Below are positions 1 through 8,451 of a stretch of 32,000 nucleotides of DNA, piece after piece. The position numbers and the translations under genes were made by a program. Source of the stretch: Brevundimonas vesicularis. GTDB taxonomy: Bacteria > Pseudomonadota > Alphaproteobacteria > Caulobacterales > Caulobacteraceae. The stretch spans positions 1,238,194 to 1,270,193 of the forward strand of contig NZ_CP115671.1 in the NCBI RefSeq assembly GCF_027886425.1, in the 5' to 3' direction. Numbering within the stretch: the first letter of the stretch is position 1; each line of letters begins with the position of its first letter. The notes under the pieces are model-generated. The model was given only the letters and a program-made list of their open reading frames with translations. It searched no databases and was not told where the DNA came from.

Positions 1-689
1 GGCCGCCCGTGGTGATCGCTGACCCTGGCACCGGCTTCCGTCGCGATCAGCCAGCCCGCAGCGACGTCCCAATCCCATTTCGGCGTCAGGGCCAAGGCGG
101 CGTCGAAGGCGCCGGCGGCGACCAGCGCCATCCGATAGGCCAGGGCGTTGCGTTTCTCGAACCGCATCGACGGCCAGGGTTCTTCGTCGAAATAGGGCGC
201 TTCGATCAGTCGCGCATCGCCCAGGATCGAGGCGTCCTCCAGCGTATCGACATCCGAGGCGTGGATGGGTTTGCCGTTACGTCGCGCCCCGCCGCCGCGC
301 GTCGCCACATAGGTCTCGTCCACCTCGGGCGCATGAATGACGGCGGCGACGACCTCGCCGTCCTCGACCACGGCGATGGGCACGCACCACCACGGCGTCC
401 GCTTCATGTAGGCGACGGTGCCGTCGATGGGATCGACCACGAAGATGCGTCGTTTCGACAGACGCTCGGCCGTATCCGCCGTCTCTTCCGACAGCCATCC
501 ATAGTCAGGCCGCGCCGACAGCAGCCTGTCCTTCAGCATGGCGTCGACCTTCAGGTCGCCGCTGGTGACGGGCGAACCGCCGACCTTGGATTCGATCTTC
601 AGTCCCGCTTTACGCTCGGCGATGGCCAGCGCCCCGGCGTCGATGGCCGCCTGGCGGATCAGGTCGAGGTCGGCGTGCAAGTCGATCAT
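1..689 (-). CDS. Inositol monophosphatase / 3'(2'),5'-bisphosphate nucleotidase family protein, partial (C-terminus beyond window edge)
   Basis: Not in the ORF track because it is open at the window edge. Manual minus-strand translation from ATG 689-687 is stop-free down to position 3: MIDLHADLDLIRQAAIDAGALAIAERK...GWLSEETAD...RIFVVDPIDGTVAYM...KWDWDVAAGWLIATEAGARV. DPIDGT and WDxxAG are IMPase-fold signature motifs. The ATG overlaps the pmbA stop (ATGA at 689-686). Confidence 0.8.
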   Translation of the reverse strand, partial: MIDLHADLDLIRQAAIDAGALAIAERKAGLKIESKVGGSPVTSGDLKVDAMLKDRLLSARPDYGWLSEETADTAERLSKRRIFVVDPIDGTVAYMKRTPWWCVPIAVVEDGEVVAAVIHAPEVDETYVATRGGGARRNGKPIHASDVDTLEDASILGDARLIEAPYFDEEPWPSMRFEKRNALAYRMALVAAGAFDAALALTPKWDWDVAAGWLIATEAGARVSDHHGR

Positions 690-2041
690 TTGCCCGCGAT
701 GGCCACCGCATCGAACATCAGGCTGGGCACGTTGAACCCGCCCCGGAACTCCAGATCCGAACCGCGCTGGATGCGTAGATAGAGGTCGGTCAGCTTTCCC
801 GCGACCGTGACCTCGCTGACCGGATAGGCGATCACGCCGTTCTCGAACCAGAAGCCCGACACCCCGGCGGACCAGTCGCCTGTATTGCCGTTCAGCGACG
901 GGCCGAACATCGACGTCACCAACAGGCCGGTGTCGGCATCCGCGATCAGGCCCGCCAGATCCCGCTCGCCCGGTTCCATATGCAGATTGTGAGTCGAGAC
1001 CCCGGATGGCCCGGCCAGCCCCCTTGACGCATGGCCGGTGGTTTCCAGGCCCAGTTGTCGGGCCGAGGCGCTGTTCAGTAACCAGGTGGTCAGGACGCCG
1101 TCGTCGAACAGGGCGCGCTTCTGAACCATTGCGCCTTCGTCGTCGAACGGGGTCGATCCCATGCCGCGGGGGCGGAACGGATCGTCGATCAGGGTGACGC
1201 CCTCGGCGAACACGCGCTGGCCCAGCCGTTCCTTCAGGAAGGAGGTGCCGCGCGCGATCGACGGGCCGGAAATGGCGCCGATGGCCGGCGACACGATCTG
1301 GCCCGCCATCCGGTTGTCGAAGATCACGGGGGCGGTGGTCGAAGCGATCTTGCGCGGCCCCACGCGAGCCACGGCGCGCTCGCCGGCGGTGCGCCCGATC
1401 AGGTCGGCGCCCGGCAGGTCGGACAGGTGGCGAGTCGAACGGCTCTCGCCGCCGCGCTCCATCGCGCCGTCCTTTTCGGCGATGACGCCGACGCCCAGCG
1501 AGAAGGCCGACCCTTCATAGGCGCCGTCGAACCCGTGAGAGGTCACCAGCCGCCAACGGCTGGACGACCAGCCCGCGTGTCCGCCTTCCGACCGCGCCAC
1601 GCCAGGGACCGCCAGGGCCGCCGCCTCAGCCTCGGCCGAGACCTGTTCCAGAGTTTGGGCGCTGCGTTCGCTGGGATCGAACAGGTCCAGATCGATGAAC
1701 GGCCCGCGCGCCAGCCGATCCTCGGGCGCGAAACCGGCGTGGGGATCTTTCGGCGCCAAGCGCGCCATGGCCACCGCCCGCTCTACCAAGCGCGCCTGGG
1801 TCGCGGGCGAAAGGTCCGAGGCCGAGACCGACGCCTGCCTTTGGCCCACGAACACGCGCAGGCCCAGGTCGCGCGATTCCTCACGTTCGACGTCTTCCAG
1901 CTTGCCGTTGCGCACCCCGACCGACAGGGATCGGCGATCAGCGCTGACCGCCTCTGCGGCGTCGGCGCCGGCCTTCAGCGCAGCCTTGACGATGTCGTTG
2001 AGAAGATCGGTGGAAACGGGCGCAGCCAGGGTTTCAGTCAT
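686..2041 (-). CDS. pmbA: PmbA/TldE-family metalloprotease component (TldD/PmbA family)
   Basis: 451-aa ORF of typical PmbA length. The N-terminus LLNDIVKAALKAGADAAEAV...RNGKLEDVEREESRDLGLRVFVGQRQASVSASDLS and the C-terminus GDWSAGVSGFWFENG...VTVAG match my recall of the PmbA_TldD family. Confidence 0.85.
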   Translation of the reverse strand: MTETLAAPVSTDLLNDIVKAALKAGADAAEAVSADRRSLSVGVRNGKLEDVEREESRDLGLRVFVGQRQASVSASDLSPATQARLVERAVAMARLAPKDPHAGFAPEDRLARGPFIDLDLFDPSERSAQTLEQVSAEAEAAALAVPGVARSEGGHAGWSSSRWRLVTSHGFDGAYEGSAFSLGVGVIAEKDGAMERGGESRSTRHLSDLPGADLIGRTAGERAVARVGPRKIASTTAPVIFDNRMAGQIVSPAIGAISGPSIARGTSFLKERLGQRVFAEGVTLIDDPFRPRGMGSTPFDDEGAMVQKRALFDDGVLTTWLLNSASARQLGLETTGHASRGLAGPSGVSTHNLHMEPGERDLAGLIADADTGLLVTSMFGPSLNGNTGDWSAGVSGFWFENGVIAYPVSEVTVAGKLTDLYLRIQRGSDLEFRGGFNVPSLMFDAVAIAGK

Positions 2042-2080
2042 GCCCCGATATGGCGGACGCCCCGCTGCACCGCAACCGCG

Positions 2081-2488
2081 TCAGACGACGGCGAAGGCGA
2101 TCAGGCCCACAGCCGCCGTCAGCAGCGCCACCCAAGTCAGCAGCATGCCGACGACGCGGCCCAGCGACGGCCCGGTCTGCAGCAAAAGGCCCAGGGCATG
2201 GGCGACCCGGCCGACGAACAGCGTCGCGCCGACACCGTGAACCATCCAGGCCGGCGCGCCGACGGCGGCCAGCAGCAGCATGGCGATCATGCCGGGCGTC
2301 GCATATTCCACCAGATTGCCGAAGGCGCGGCTGGCGGCCATCAAATCCGCGTTTCCGCCGTCGCCGAACGACACCATATGTTTGCGCCGCCCGCTGACCA
2401 CGATGCCCGACAAGACCAGCATCATCAGGATCAGCAGGCCGCTCCACAGGGCGGCGGCCTGAACGGCGTACATCAGCGGCGTGGTCAT
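2081..2488 (-). CDS. MAPEG-family small integral membrane protein
   Basis: 135 aa with about four hydrophobic helices. The central segment RRKHMVSFGDGGNADLMAASRAFGNLVEYATP resembles the MAPEG loop/helix-2 region. The start lies 3 nt after the upstream M14 stop. Confidence 0.55.
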   Translation of the reverse strand: MTTPLMYAVQAAALWSGLLILMMLVLSGIVVSGRRKHMVSFGDGGNADLMAASRAFGNLVEYATPGMIAMLLLAAVGAPAWMVHGVGATLFVGRVAHALGLLLQTGPSLGRVVGMLLTWVALLTAAVGLIAFAVV

Positions 2489-2491
2489 CGA

Positions 2492-4330
2492 TCAGTCCTC
2501 ACGCCCGACGGGGTAGAGCAGATAGTGGTCGTCATAGAAGGGCGTGCGTTCATAGAACCAGGCCAGCCGCGCCTGCGGATCGGCGGCGAACGTGGCGTCG
2601 GCCGCCACCTTGGCCTCAAACTCGGCCTTCAACGCCGGGTCCGCCGCCATCATCTTGTCCGCCAGCGGCGCGATGGCGTAGGCCTCGATATATTCGATGC
2701 GGCTCATCACCTCGGGGAACATGCCCCAGGCGAAGAAGCTCTCGCTGGATTGCGGCTCCAGCAGCAGCACGACGATGTCGCCCAGCGGCTGATCCGTCGG
2801 CACGCGCACCGAGCCGGTCGGATACGTCCAGTCGCGCTTCTCGACCTCCACCGTCTTCACCGAAGCCTGCACGTGACCTTCGTTGGTGCGGTTCGCCAGC
2901 TTGGGCTCGACCAGGCGCAGCATCGAAAGGTTCACGGTGCGCGCAGCCTCGACCGTCTCTATTTCGATCCCGTGCGTTTTCAGCCGCTCGATGATGTCGG
3001 TGCGATAGCCCGGCACCCAGTAGGCCGTCGGCCGCTTCAGGCTCAGCGTCGGCTTGGAGCCATAGAAGGGCATTTGCCACAGGTCGGGATCAGGTTGGCC
3101 CAGCCAGCGGATTTCCTTCCGACCCGAGGCGGGACTGTCATACATCTCGTACAGCATGCCCTTGAAGGGCCGGGTGGACGACGGCGTCTCGTCGGCCTCG
3201 AAGTTGGCGGGGATCTGGGCTGGGCGCAGGGCCTTGTCCTGATCCGTTGCGGCGCGAAGACCCGCGCCCTGATCGGCCAGCAGACGCATCGCCTCTTCGA
3301 TGAAGACGTATGTGCCCAGCACCCGCTGCTCATGCGGCTTCAGGCTGTGGTTCTCGATCAGGATCGTCGGCACGTGCGCCGCCGAACCCCAGCCGTTCGA
3401 GAACCGCTCGCCCAGGCCGCCGTCCGACAGGCCCTTCTTCGGCTCGTCGTCGTCGATGCCGAACACCAGTTCGCCGGGGATGTGACCCTCACGCTCCAGC
3501 GCCGCATTCATGGCCGGCTTGAAGATCGAATCCAGCCAGGCCGAGCCGTTGGGCGAGCGGCTGAATGATCCGTCCTCGCCGTTGAAGCCGTAGGTGACGT
3601 CGTACTGGTAATCCATGCCGTCGGTGACGTGGACGTCCACATACAGGTCCGGCCGGTATTTCAGGATCAGGCCGCGCACTGCCCGCATCTCGGGCTGATC
3701 CAGCTTCAGATAGTCGCGGTTCAGGTTCTGGTTGGTCGCCGTATTGCGCCAGCCTTGTATGCGGGGGCCCCGTTGGTTCGGCCGGGAATAGGGGCCGGAA
3801 CGCTCATGGCCGTCCACGCTCAGGATCGGGATCAGGATCAGGTTGACCCGGTCCAGCAGGGCGTCCTTTCCATAGAAGGCGATGTCGCGCAGCAGCATCA
3901 TGCCCGCGTCCTTGCCGTCGATCTCGCCGGGGTGGATGCCGGCCTGGATCATCAGCACCGGCTTGGCCGGATCGAACGTCGCGCCATCCTTGGACGCGAT
4001 CACCGCATAGATGGGTCGGCCCTCGGGCGAGACGCCGAACTGCTCAATGCGGATCAGATCGCTGGCGGCGTCCAGACGATCGAACCAGGCGCGGGTGTCG
4101 ACATAGTTGGGGCTGAAGTCATGGCCCGGATCGGCCTCGAACGCCGTGACCCACGGATCAGACGCATCGCGCAGCAGCGCCTTGGACGCACCGTCCCAGG
4201 CGGGGGCGGGCGGCAAGAAGGCTTGATCCCACGGCGCTGCATTCGGAACGGAGGCGGAGGGGGTCTGGGACATCACTGAACTCGCGGACAACAGAAAAAC
4301 AGCGGCAGTAGTCAGAAGGACGCTTTGCAT
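2492..4330 (-). CDS. Secreted M14-family zinc carboxypeptidase-like protein
   Basis: 612 aa with an N-terminal signal peptide (MQSVLLTTAAVFLLSASSVMSQ). It carries a zinc-binding HxxE (AGIHPGEIDGKDA), then SVDGHER and a later ENHS segment typical of M14 peptidases. The C-terminal extension of about 250 aa is unassigned. Confidence 0.7.
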   Translation of the reverse strand: MQSVLLTTAAVFLLSASSVMSQTPSASVPNAAPWDQAFLPPAPAWDGASKALLRDASDPWVTAFEADPGHDFSPNYVDTRAWFDRLDAASDLIRIEQFGVSPEGRPIYAVIASKDGATFDPAKPVLMIQAGIHPGEIDGKDAGMMLLRDIAFYGKDALLDRVNLILIPILSVDGHERSGPYSRPNQRGPRIQGWRNTATNQNLNRDYLKLDQPEMRAVRGLILKYRPDLYVDVHVTDGMDYQYDVTYGFNGEDGSFSRSPNGSAWLDSIFKPAMNAALEREGHIPGELVFGIDDDEPKKGLSDGGLGERFSNGWGSAAHVPTILIENHSLKPHEQRVLGTYVFIEEAMRLLADQGAGLRAATDQDKALRPAQIPANFEADETPSSTRPFKGMLYEMYDSPASGRKEIRWLGQPDPDLWQMPFYGSKPTLSLKRPTAYWVPGYRTDIIERLKTHGIEIETVEAARTVNLSMLRLVEPKLANRTNEGHVQASVKTVEVEKRDWTYPTGSVRVPTDQPLGDIVVLLLEPQSSESFFAWGMFPEVMSRIEYIEAYAIAPLADKMMAADPALKAEFEAKVAADATFAADPQARLAWFYERTPFYDDHYLLYPVGRED

Positions 4331-4381
4331 GCCCTGTTCCTCAACTATGCATCCAGCCGGCGCAAGACCGCAGCAGCGGTC

Positions 4382-5911
4382 CTACTTCCAGATCGGTGTT
4401 CCGTCACCCGGCAGGCCGAGACGGCCCCACAGGTCGTTGACCCGCTCGACGACCGCCTCGTCCATCCGAATCTCCTCGCCCCATTCGCGCTTGGTTTCGG
4501 GCGGCCATTTGTCGGTGGCGTCCAGGCCGATCTTGGAGCCCAGGCCGCTCTCGGGGCTGGCGAAGTCCAGATAGTCGATGGGCGTCGACTCGATCACGGT
4601 GATGTCGCGCGCCGGGTCCATCTTGGTCGAGATGGCCCACATGACGTCCTTCCAGTCGCGGGCGTCGATGTCGTCGTCCACGACGATGACCCATTTGGTG
4701 TACATGAACTGGCGCAGATAGCTCCAGACGCCCAGCATCACGCGCTTGGCGTGGCCCGGATAGGCCTTCTTCATCGACACCACCGCGATCCGGTAGCTGC
4801 AGCCCTCGGGCGGCAGCCAGAAGTCCGTGATCTCCGGAAACTGCTGGCGCAGCAGGGGAATGAAGACCTCGTTCAGCGCCTCGCCCAACACGCTCGGCTC
4901 GTCCGGCGGCCGGCCGGTGAAGGTGGTCAGATAGATCGGGTCGCGGCGCATGGTGATGGCGCTGACCTTGAAGACCGGGAACTTCTCGACCGAGTTGTAA
5001 TAGCCGGTGTGGTCGCCGTACGGGCCTTCGTCCTCGAACTCGTCCAGCAGGACATGGCCCTCCAGCACGATCTCGGCCTGTGCCGGCACCATCAGCGGCA
5101 CGGTCTTACAAGGCACAAGCTCGGCCTTGGCGCCCCGCATCAGGCCGGCGAACTGATATTCCGACAGGGTGTCCGGCACCGGCGTCACCGCCGCCAGAAT
5201 GGTGCCCGGATCGGCGCCCAGCACCACGGCGCAGGGCAGGGGCTCCTTGGGCCGCGCCTTCTTGTGCCGGGCATAGTGTTGCGCCCCGCCCCGGTGCGCC
5301 AGCCAGCGCATGATGGCCTTGTCCTTGCCCAGAACCTGCATCCGGTAGATGCCCAGGTTGAAGTCGTCCTCGCGGTCGTCCGACGGCCCCTTGGTCACGA
5401 CCAGGCCCCAGGTGATCAGGGGCGCCGGTTCGCCGGGCCAGCAAGACTGGACGGGCAGGGCGGTCAGGTCGATCTGATCGCCTTTCAGCACCACATCCTG
5501 CACCGGCGCCTTCTTCACCGTCTTGGGCCGCATCGACAGGACGGTCTGCATCAGCGGCAGCATCTCCATCGCGTCGCCCAGCCCGCGCGGCGGCGTCGGA
5601 TTGCGCAGGAAGGCCAGCAACTCCCCGACCTCGCGAAGTTCGCCCGCCGTCGTCCGGTCCTTGCCCTCCAGCGTCACCCCCATGGCGACCCGTTTCACCG
5701 TGCCGAACAGATTGGCCATGCAGGGGATGGGGCTGATCGTGCCGTCCGGCATCACCGGCTTTTCGAACAGCACCGCCGGTCCGCCGTTCCTCAGCAGCCG
5801 GGTCTGGATCTCGGTCATCTCCAGCACGGTGGAGACGGGTTCGGACACCCGCACCAGCTCGCCCTTGGCTTCCAGCTGGTCGATGAAGTCACGCAGGGAT
5901 TTGTAGGCCAT
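4382..5911 (-). CDS. ubiD: 4-hydroxy-3-polyprenylbenzoate decarboxylase (UbiD family)
   Basis: 509 aa. [53 protein letters not shown] is a canonical UbiD N-terminus, and the length is typical. No ubiX is adjacent. Confidence 0.9.
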   Translation of the reverse strand: MAYKSLRDFIDQLEAKGELVRVSEPVSTVLEMTEIQTRLLRNGGPAVLFEKPVMPDGTISPIPCMANLFGTVKRVAMGVTLEGKDRTTAGELREVGELLAFLRNPTPPRGLGDAMEMLPLMQTVLSMRPKTVKKAPVQDVVLKGDQIDLTALPVQSCWPGEPAPLITWGLVVTKGPSDDREDDFNLGIYRMQVLGKDKAIMRWLAHRGGAQHYARHKKARPKEPLPCAVVLGADPGTILAAVTPVPDTLSEYQFAGLMRGAKAELVPCKTVPLMVPAQAEIVLEGHVLLDEFEDEGPYGDHTGYYNSVEKFPVFKVSAITMRRDPIYLTTFTGRPPDEPSVLGEALNEVFIPLLRQQFPEITDFWLPPEGCSYRIAVVSMKKAYPGHAKRVMLGVWSYLRQFMYTKWVIVVDDDIDARDWKDVMWAISTKMDPARDITVIESTPIDYLDFASPESGLGSKIGLDATDKWPPETKREWGEEIRMDEAVVERVNDLWGRLGLPGDGTPIWK

Positions 5912-5990
5912 GTCTTCGCCTAAAGGGCGGAGGCGGAACTGTCACGCGGCGTTCGCTCGCACAGACAGTCCCGTCTCGTCATAGCCGTTG

Positions 5991-6833
5991 TCAGGCGGCC
6001 GTCTTGTCCCATTCGAACGCCGGGTCCAGCCAGTCGCCCAGTCGTTCGCCGCGATCCAGGGCGTCCATTCGCTGCATCTCCTCATCCGTCAGGGCGAAGT
6101 CGAAGATGTCGAAGTTCTCGCGCGCGCGGCTTTCCTTGCTGGTGCGCGGGATGGCGATGATCCCGTGCTGGATCAGCCAACGAAGGGTGATCTGGCCGTT
6201 GGTCTTGCCGTGCGCGCCGGCGATCTCGCTGATCGTTGCATCGTCGGCGATCTTGCCTTGCGCCAGCGGCGACCAGGCGGTGATCGACGACCCCAACTCG
6301 GCCGCCGTCGCCACCAGCTGGTCGACGCCCAGATAGGGGTGATGTTCGACCTGATCGGTCAGCAGCCGCGCCTTGGACAGGCTCTGCGCCTGACGGAACT
6401 CCTTGGAGGGGAAGTTGGACAGGCCGATCGACTTGGTCAGGCCCTGGTCCTTGGCCTCGTTCAGGGCGCCCAGCGTCTCTTCGAACGTCGGCGTCGTCTT
6501 GGGCCAGTGCAGCAGCAGCAGGTCCGGCGTCGTGCCCAGGCTGTCGGCCGATTCCTGGGCCTGTTTCAGCAAGGCGTCGTGGGTGAAATGTTCGACCCAG
6601 ATCTTGGTGGTCAGGAAGATGTCCTCGCGCGCCACGCCGGAGTCCCGGATGCCTTCGCCGACCGCCTTCTCGTTCTTGTAGATCCAGGCCGTGTCGATGT
6701 GGCGGTATCCGATCCGCAGGGCCTCAGCGACCATGCGCCGCGCATCTTCGGGCTCCAGCTGCCAGGTGCCGAAGCCGAGCAGGGGGATTTCGATACCGTC
6801 GACGGTGATCGTGGGTTGGTCGCCGTAAGCCAT
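5991..6833 (-). CDS. Aldo/keto reductase (2,5-diketo-D-gluconate reductase-like)
   Basis: The ORF track gives 5991..6944. I place the start at ATG 6833 (MAYGDQPTITV...) because AAGGAG lies about 6 nt upstream. AKR motifs are present: GFGTWQL, IDTAWIYKNE (catalytic Tyr) and LLLHWP. Confidence 0.85.
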   Translation of the reverse strand: MAYGDQPTITVDGIEIPLLGFGTWQLEPEDARRMVAEALRIGYRHIDTAWIYKNEKAVGEGIRDSGVAREDIFLTTKIWVEHFTHDALLKQAQESADSLGTTPDLLLLHWPKTTPTFEETLGALNEAKDQGLTKSIGLSNFPSKEFRQAQSLSKARLLTDQVEHHPYLGVDQLVATAAELGSSITAWSPLAQGKIADDATISEIAGAHGKTNGQITLRWLIQHGIIAIPRTSKESRARENFDIFDFALTDEEMQRMDALDRGERLGDWLDPAFEWDKTAA

Positions 6834-6871
6834 GGGGCGCTCCTTGGGCTGGGTCCGCTTGAGGGGCGTAG

Positions 6872-7114
6872 TTAGGCGCCCGACCCCGCTCCGGTAAGGT
6901 CCGGATGCGCCTTGGACAGCTTTTTCGGCGCGATCCGACGCCATCGCTTCTCAAGCGCCGCCTTCAGCCAGACCGGATCGACCGTGGCGATGCGCGCCAG
7001 GACGATGGGATGATCGCGATAGTGGTCGGTGAAGTGAAAGGTCGCCGGGTCCATCTCGATCAGCAGTTCGCGCTCATCCCGATTGTCCAGATGCACCACG
7101 ATGCTGTCGTCCAG
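6872..7114 (-). pseudogene. 5'-truncated small conserved gene (MmcQ/YjbR-like by recall); only about 80 C-terminal codons remain
   Basis: The reading frame LDDSIVVHLDNRDERELLIEMDPATFHFTDHYRDHPIVLARIATVDPVWLKAALEKRWRRIAPKKL resembles the C-terminal two thirds of a roughly 115-120-aa family. An in-frame stop (cta, 7115-7117) sits exactly where GC content collapses, and no N-terminal part follows. A GTG at 7099 could still permit a 75-aa product. Confidence 0.5.
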
Positions 7115-7650
7115 CTAATATGTTGGATCGCTAACCTCATTTAATTGAGCTCAGTTTTAGTTCTTCTCAAAAATATGTAAACATATCTCTTTATACCTTA
7201 TAACGAGCCCAGCTCTCTTTAGCTTTGAATGTCAGGCGATTACACGAGAGGCCGATTCTTTATGCTAACGTTACGCGCGGTTTTATATCTACGCTCCTCT
7301 CGTACGGCAGAACCTTGAGGGCGTCTTGGATCCATGACGAAATAAAGCGTTATTCAGCACCACGTCGAATGTTTGGGGCGCTACACATTCTGACAGTAGG
7401 TGTGCAGCTCAGCAAGCGCTGTCGTACCCAAAAGGTACGAAGGGAATACGTGCGAGGTGCTATTTTGTTCTCCTCGTAACGATCTCGAACCTTCGCCACA
7501 GGTTTTCCAAGATTTGACGGAGATGAGGCATCTCGGTTCGAGGGGTTTCTGTCGAATCCGCAGTTTGCGCCAAGGCACTTAGCCTTGCGCCTGCTCTTGT
7601 AGATCGCCCTTTGGTCGGTACCATCCCGGGCGCGGCGCGTTAGCCCCACG
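7115..7650. other. Low-GC, ORF-poor segment (left edge of islet)
   Basis: By my count 7141-7200 is 15/60 G+C (25%) and 7201-7380 is about 50%, against about 67% in flanking genes. It holds only short overlapping ORFs with no recognisable motifs. It contains the perfect palindrome ATATGTAAACATAT (7173-7186) and several 6-bp hairpins. Confidence 0.6.
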
Positions 7651-7989
7651 ATGACGCAGCCCCTCCGATACCCCACCACCCCCGACGGCCGCTATTTCGT
7701 GGTTCGAGGCCGGCTGTGGCGGTGCTCCAATCCTGCTCTGTCGGCGGAGGCGAGGGACGAACTGGCGTATGATCTGATGTCGGCGCGCCGGGCGGTGCGG
7801 ACGGCCTTGGCGGCTGAGGATACGGACGCTTTGGCCGCAGCGCGGCGCAGCGTCGACAAGGCCAAGGTGGGGTTGGGTGAGCGGGGCCCTGTGTGGTGGA
7901 CCGACGGCTCGCCGGATCTCAATCGACACATGGTGCAAAACACTACCTATGCAGACTGGTTCGCCAGTCTGGGCGAGACGGCCGAATGA
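7651..7989 (+). CDS. Conserved hypothetical protein (112 aa)
   Basis: High-GC ORF: MTQPLRYPTTPDGRYFVVRGRLWRCSNPALS...LGERGPVWWTDGSPDLNRHMVQNTTYADWF. I recall this pattern from unannotated proteins but cannot name a family. Its stop overlaps the next ATG (ATGA at 7986-7989). Confidence 0.6.
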   Translation: MTQPLRYPTTPDGRYFVVRGRLWRCSNPALSAEARDELAYDLMSARRAVRTALAAEDTDALAAARRSVDKAKVGLGERGPVWWTDGSPDLNRHMVQNTTYADWFASLGETAE

Positions 7990-8426
7990 CCACAGGACTC
8001 GACCGTTTCGTCCTAGCTCAAGACCCCGTGTTCGAAACGGCGATGGCCGAGCTCGCGGCGGGTCGCAAGACAAGCCACTGGATGTGGTTTGTCTTCCCCC
8101 AGGCCCGGTCGCTGGGACGGTCTTCGACAGCCGCCTTCTATGGCATCGGATCGCTCGCGGAGGCGCAGGCCTATCTGCTGCATCCCGTTCTAGGGGCGCG
8201 TCTCATCCGCGCAGCCCAAACCGCGACCACGGCGCCGGCGGCGTCGGTGCTTCAGCTGTTCGGATCGCCCGACGATCTCAAATTCCGATCATCGATGACG
8301 CTATTCGCCGCCGTGGCGGCCGATCCGACCGTGTTCGACGCGGCGCTCGCGCGCTGGGGCCTTTCGCCTGATCCGTTGACCGCAGAACTTGTGTTGACCG
8401 CCAGGACGGGACCGGATCGTCTTTAA
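7986..8426 (+). CDS. DUF1810 (Rv1873-like) family protein
   Basis: I place the start at internal ATG 7986 (MTTGLDRFVLAQDPVFETAMAELAAGRKTSHWMWFVFPQ...GSPDDLKFRSSMTLF). LDRF...Y..AL.EL..G.K.SHWMW.FPQ and D..K..SS.TLF are the hallmark DUF1810 blocks as I recall them. Confidence 0.75.
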   Translation: MTTGLDRFVLAQDPVFETAMAELAAGRKTSHWMWFVFPQARSLGRSSTAAFYGIGSLAEAQAYLLHPVLGARLIRAAQTATTAPAASVLQLFGSPDDLKFRSSMTLFAAVAADPTVFDAALARWGLSPDPLTAELVLTARTGPDRL

Positions 8427-8451
8427 ACAACTATCAGAGGCTTTACGTGGC

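Noticed and set aside
1427-3568. 713-aa plus-strand ORF spanning the antisense of pmbA, the MAPEG gene and the M14 peptidase. Similar long antisense ORFs are 4325..5923 (+), 14361..15497 (-), 16005..17033 (-), 22658..23227 (-) and 29020..30012 (-).
   Set aside because: These are Arg/Gly/Pro/His-rich, low-complexity translations opposite genes with clear family motifs. This is the typical stop-codon depletion artefact of 67% GC DNA. No motifs or SD sequences were seen.
2081-4330. M14 peptidase and MAPEG genes separated by only 3 nt, considered as a possible functional pair or system.
   Set aside because: Tight packing is the rule along this whole minus-strand housekeeping string (ubiD to IMPase). 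There is no sequence-level evidence of a specific link.
7183-7195. Shared TATCTCT-containing motif in the three low-GC spacers (near 7183, 22718 and 28679), considered as possible repeat or terminal sequences of one mobile element.
   Set aside because: Only about 7 nt are shared, with divergent flanks. AT-rich 7-mers are expected to concentrate in the few AT-rich spacers of a GC-rich window. No inverted or direct terminal repeats were found.
7225-7679. ORFs inside the AT-shifted segment (7225..7479 +, 7350..7679 -, 7381..7578 -, 7400..7582 +), considered as real small genes.
   Set aside because: They overlap one another on both strands, lack SD sequences and have no recognisable motifs. One of them runs into the start of the 7651 gene. 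They are treated as non-coding pending transcript or ribosome data.
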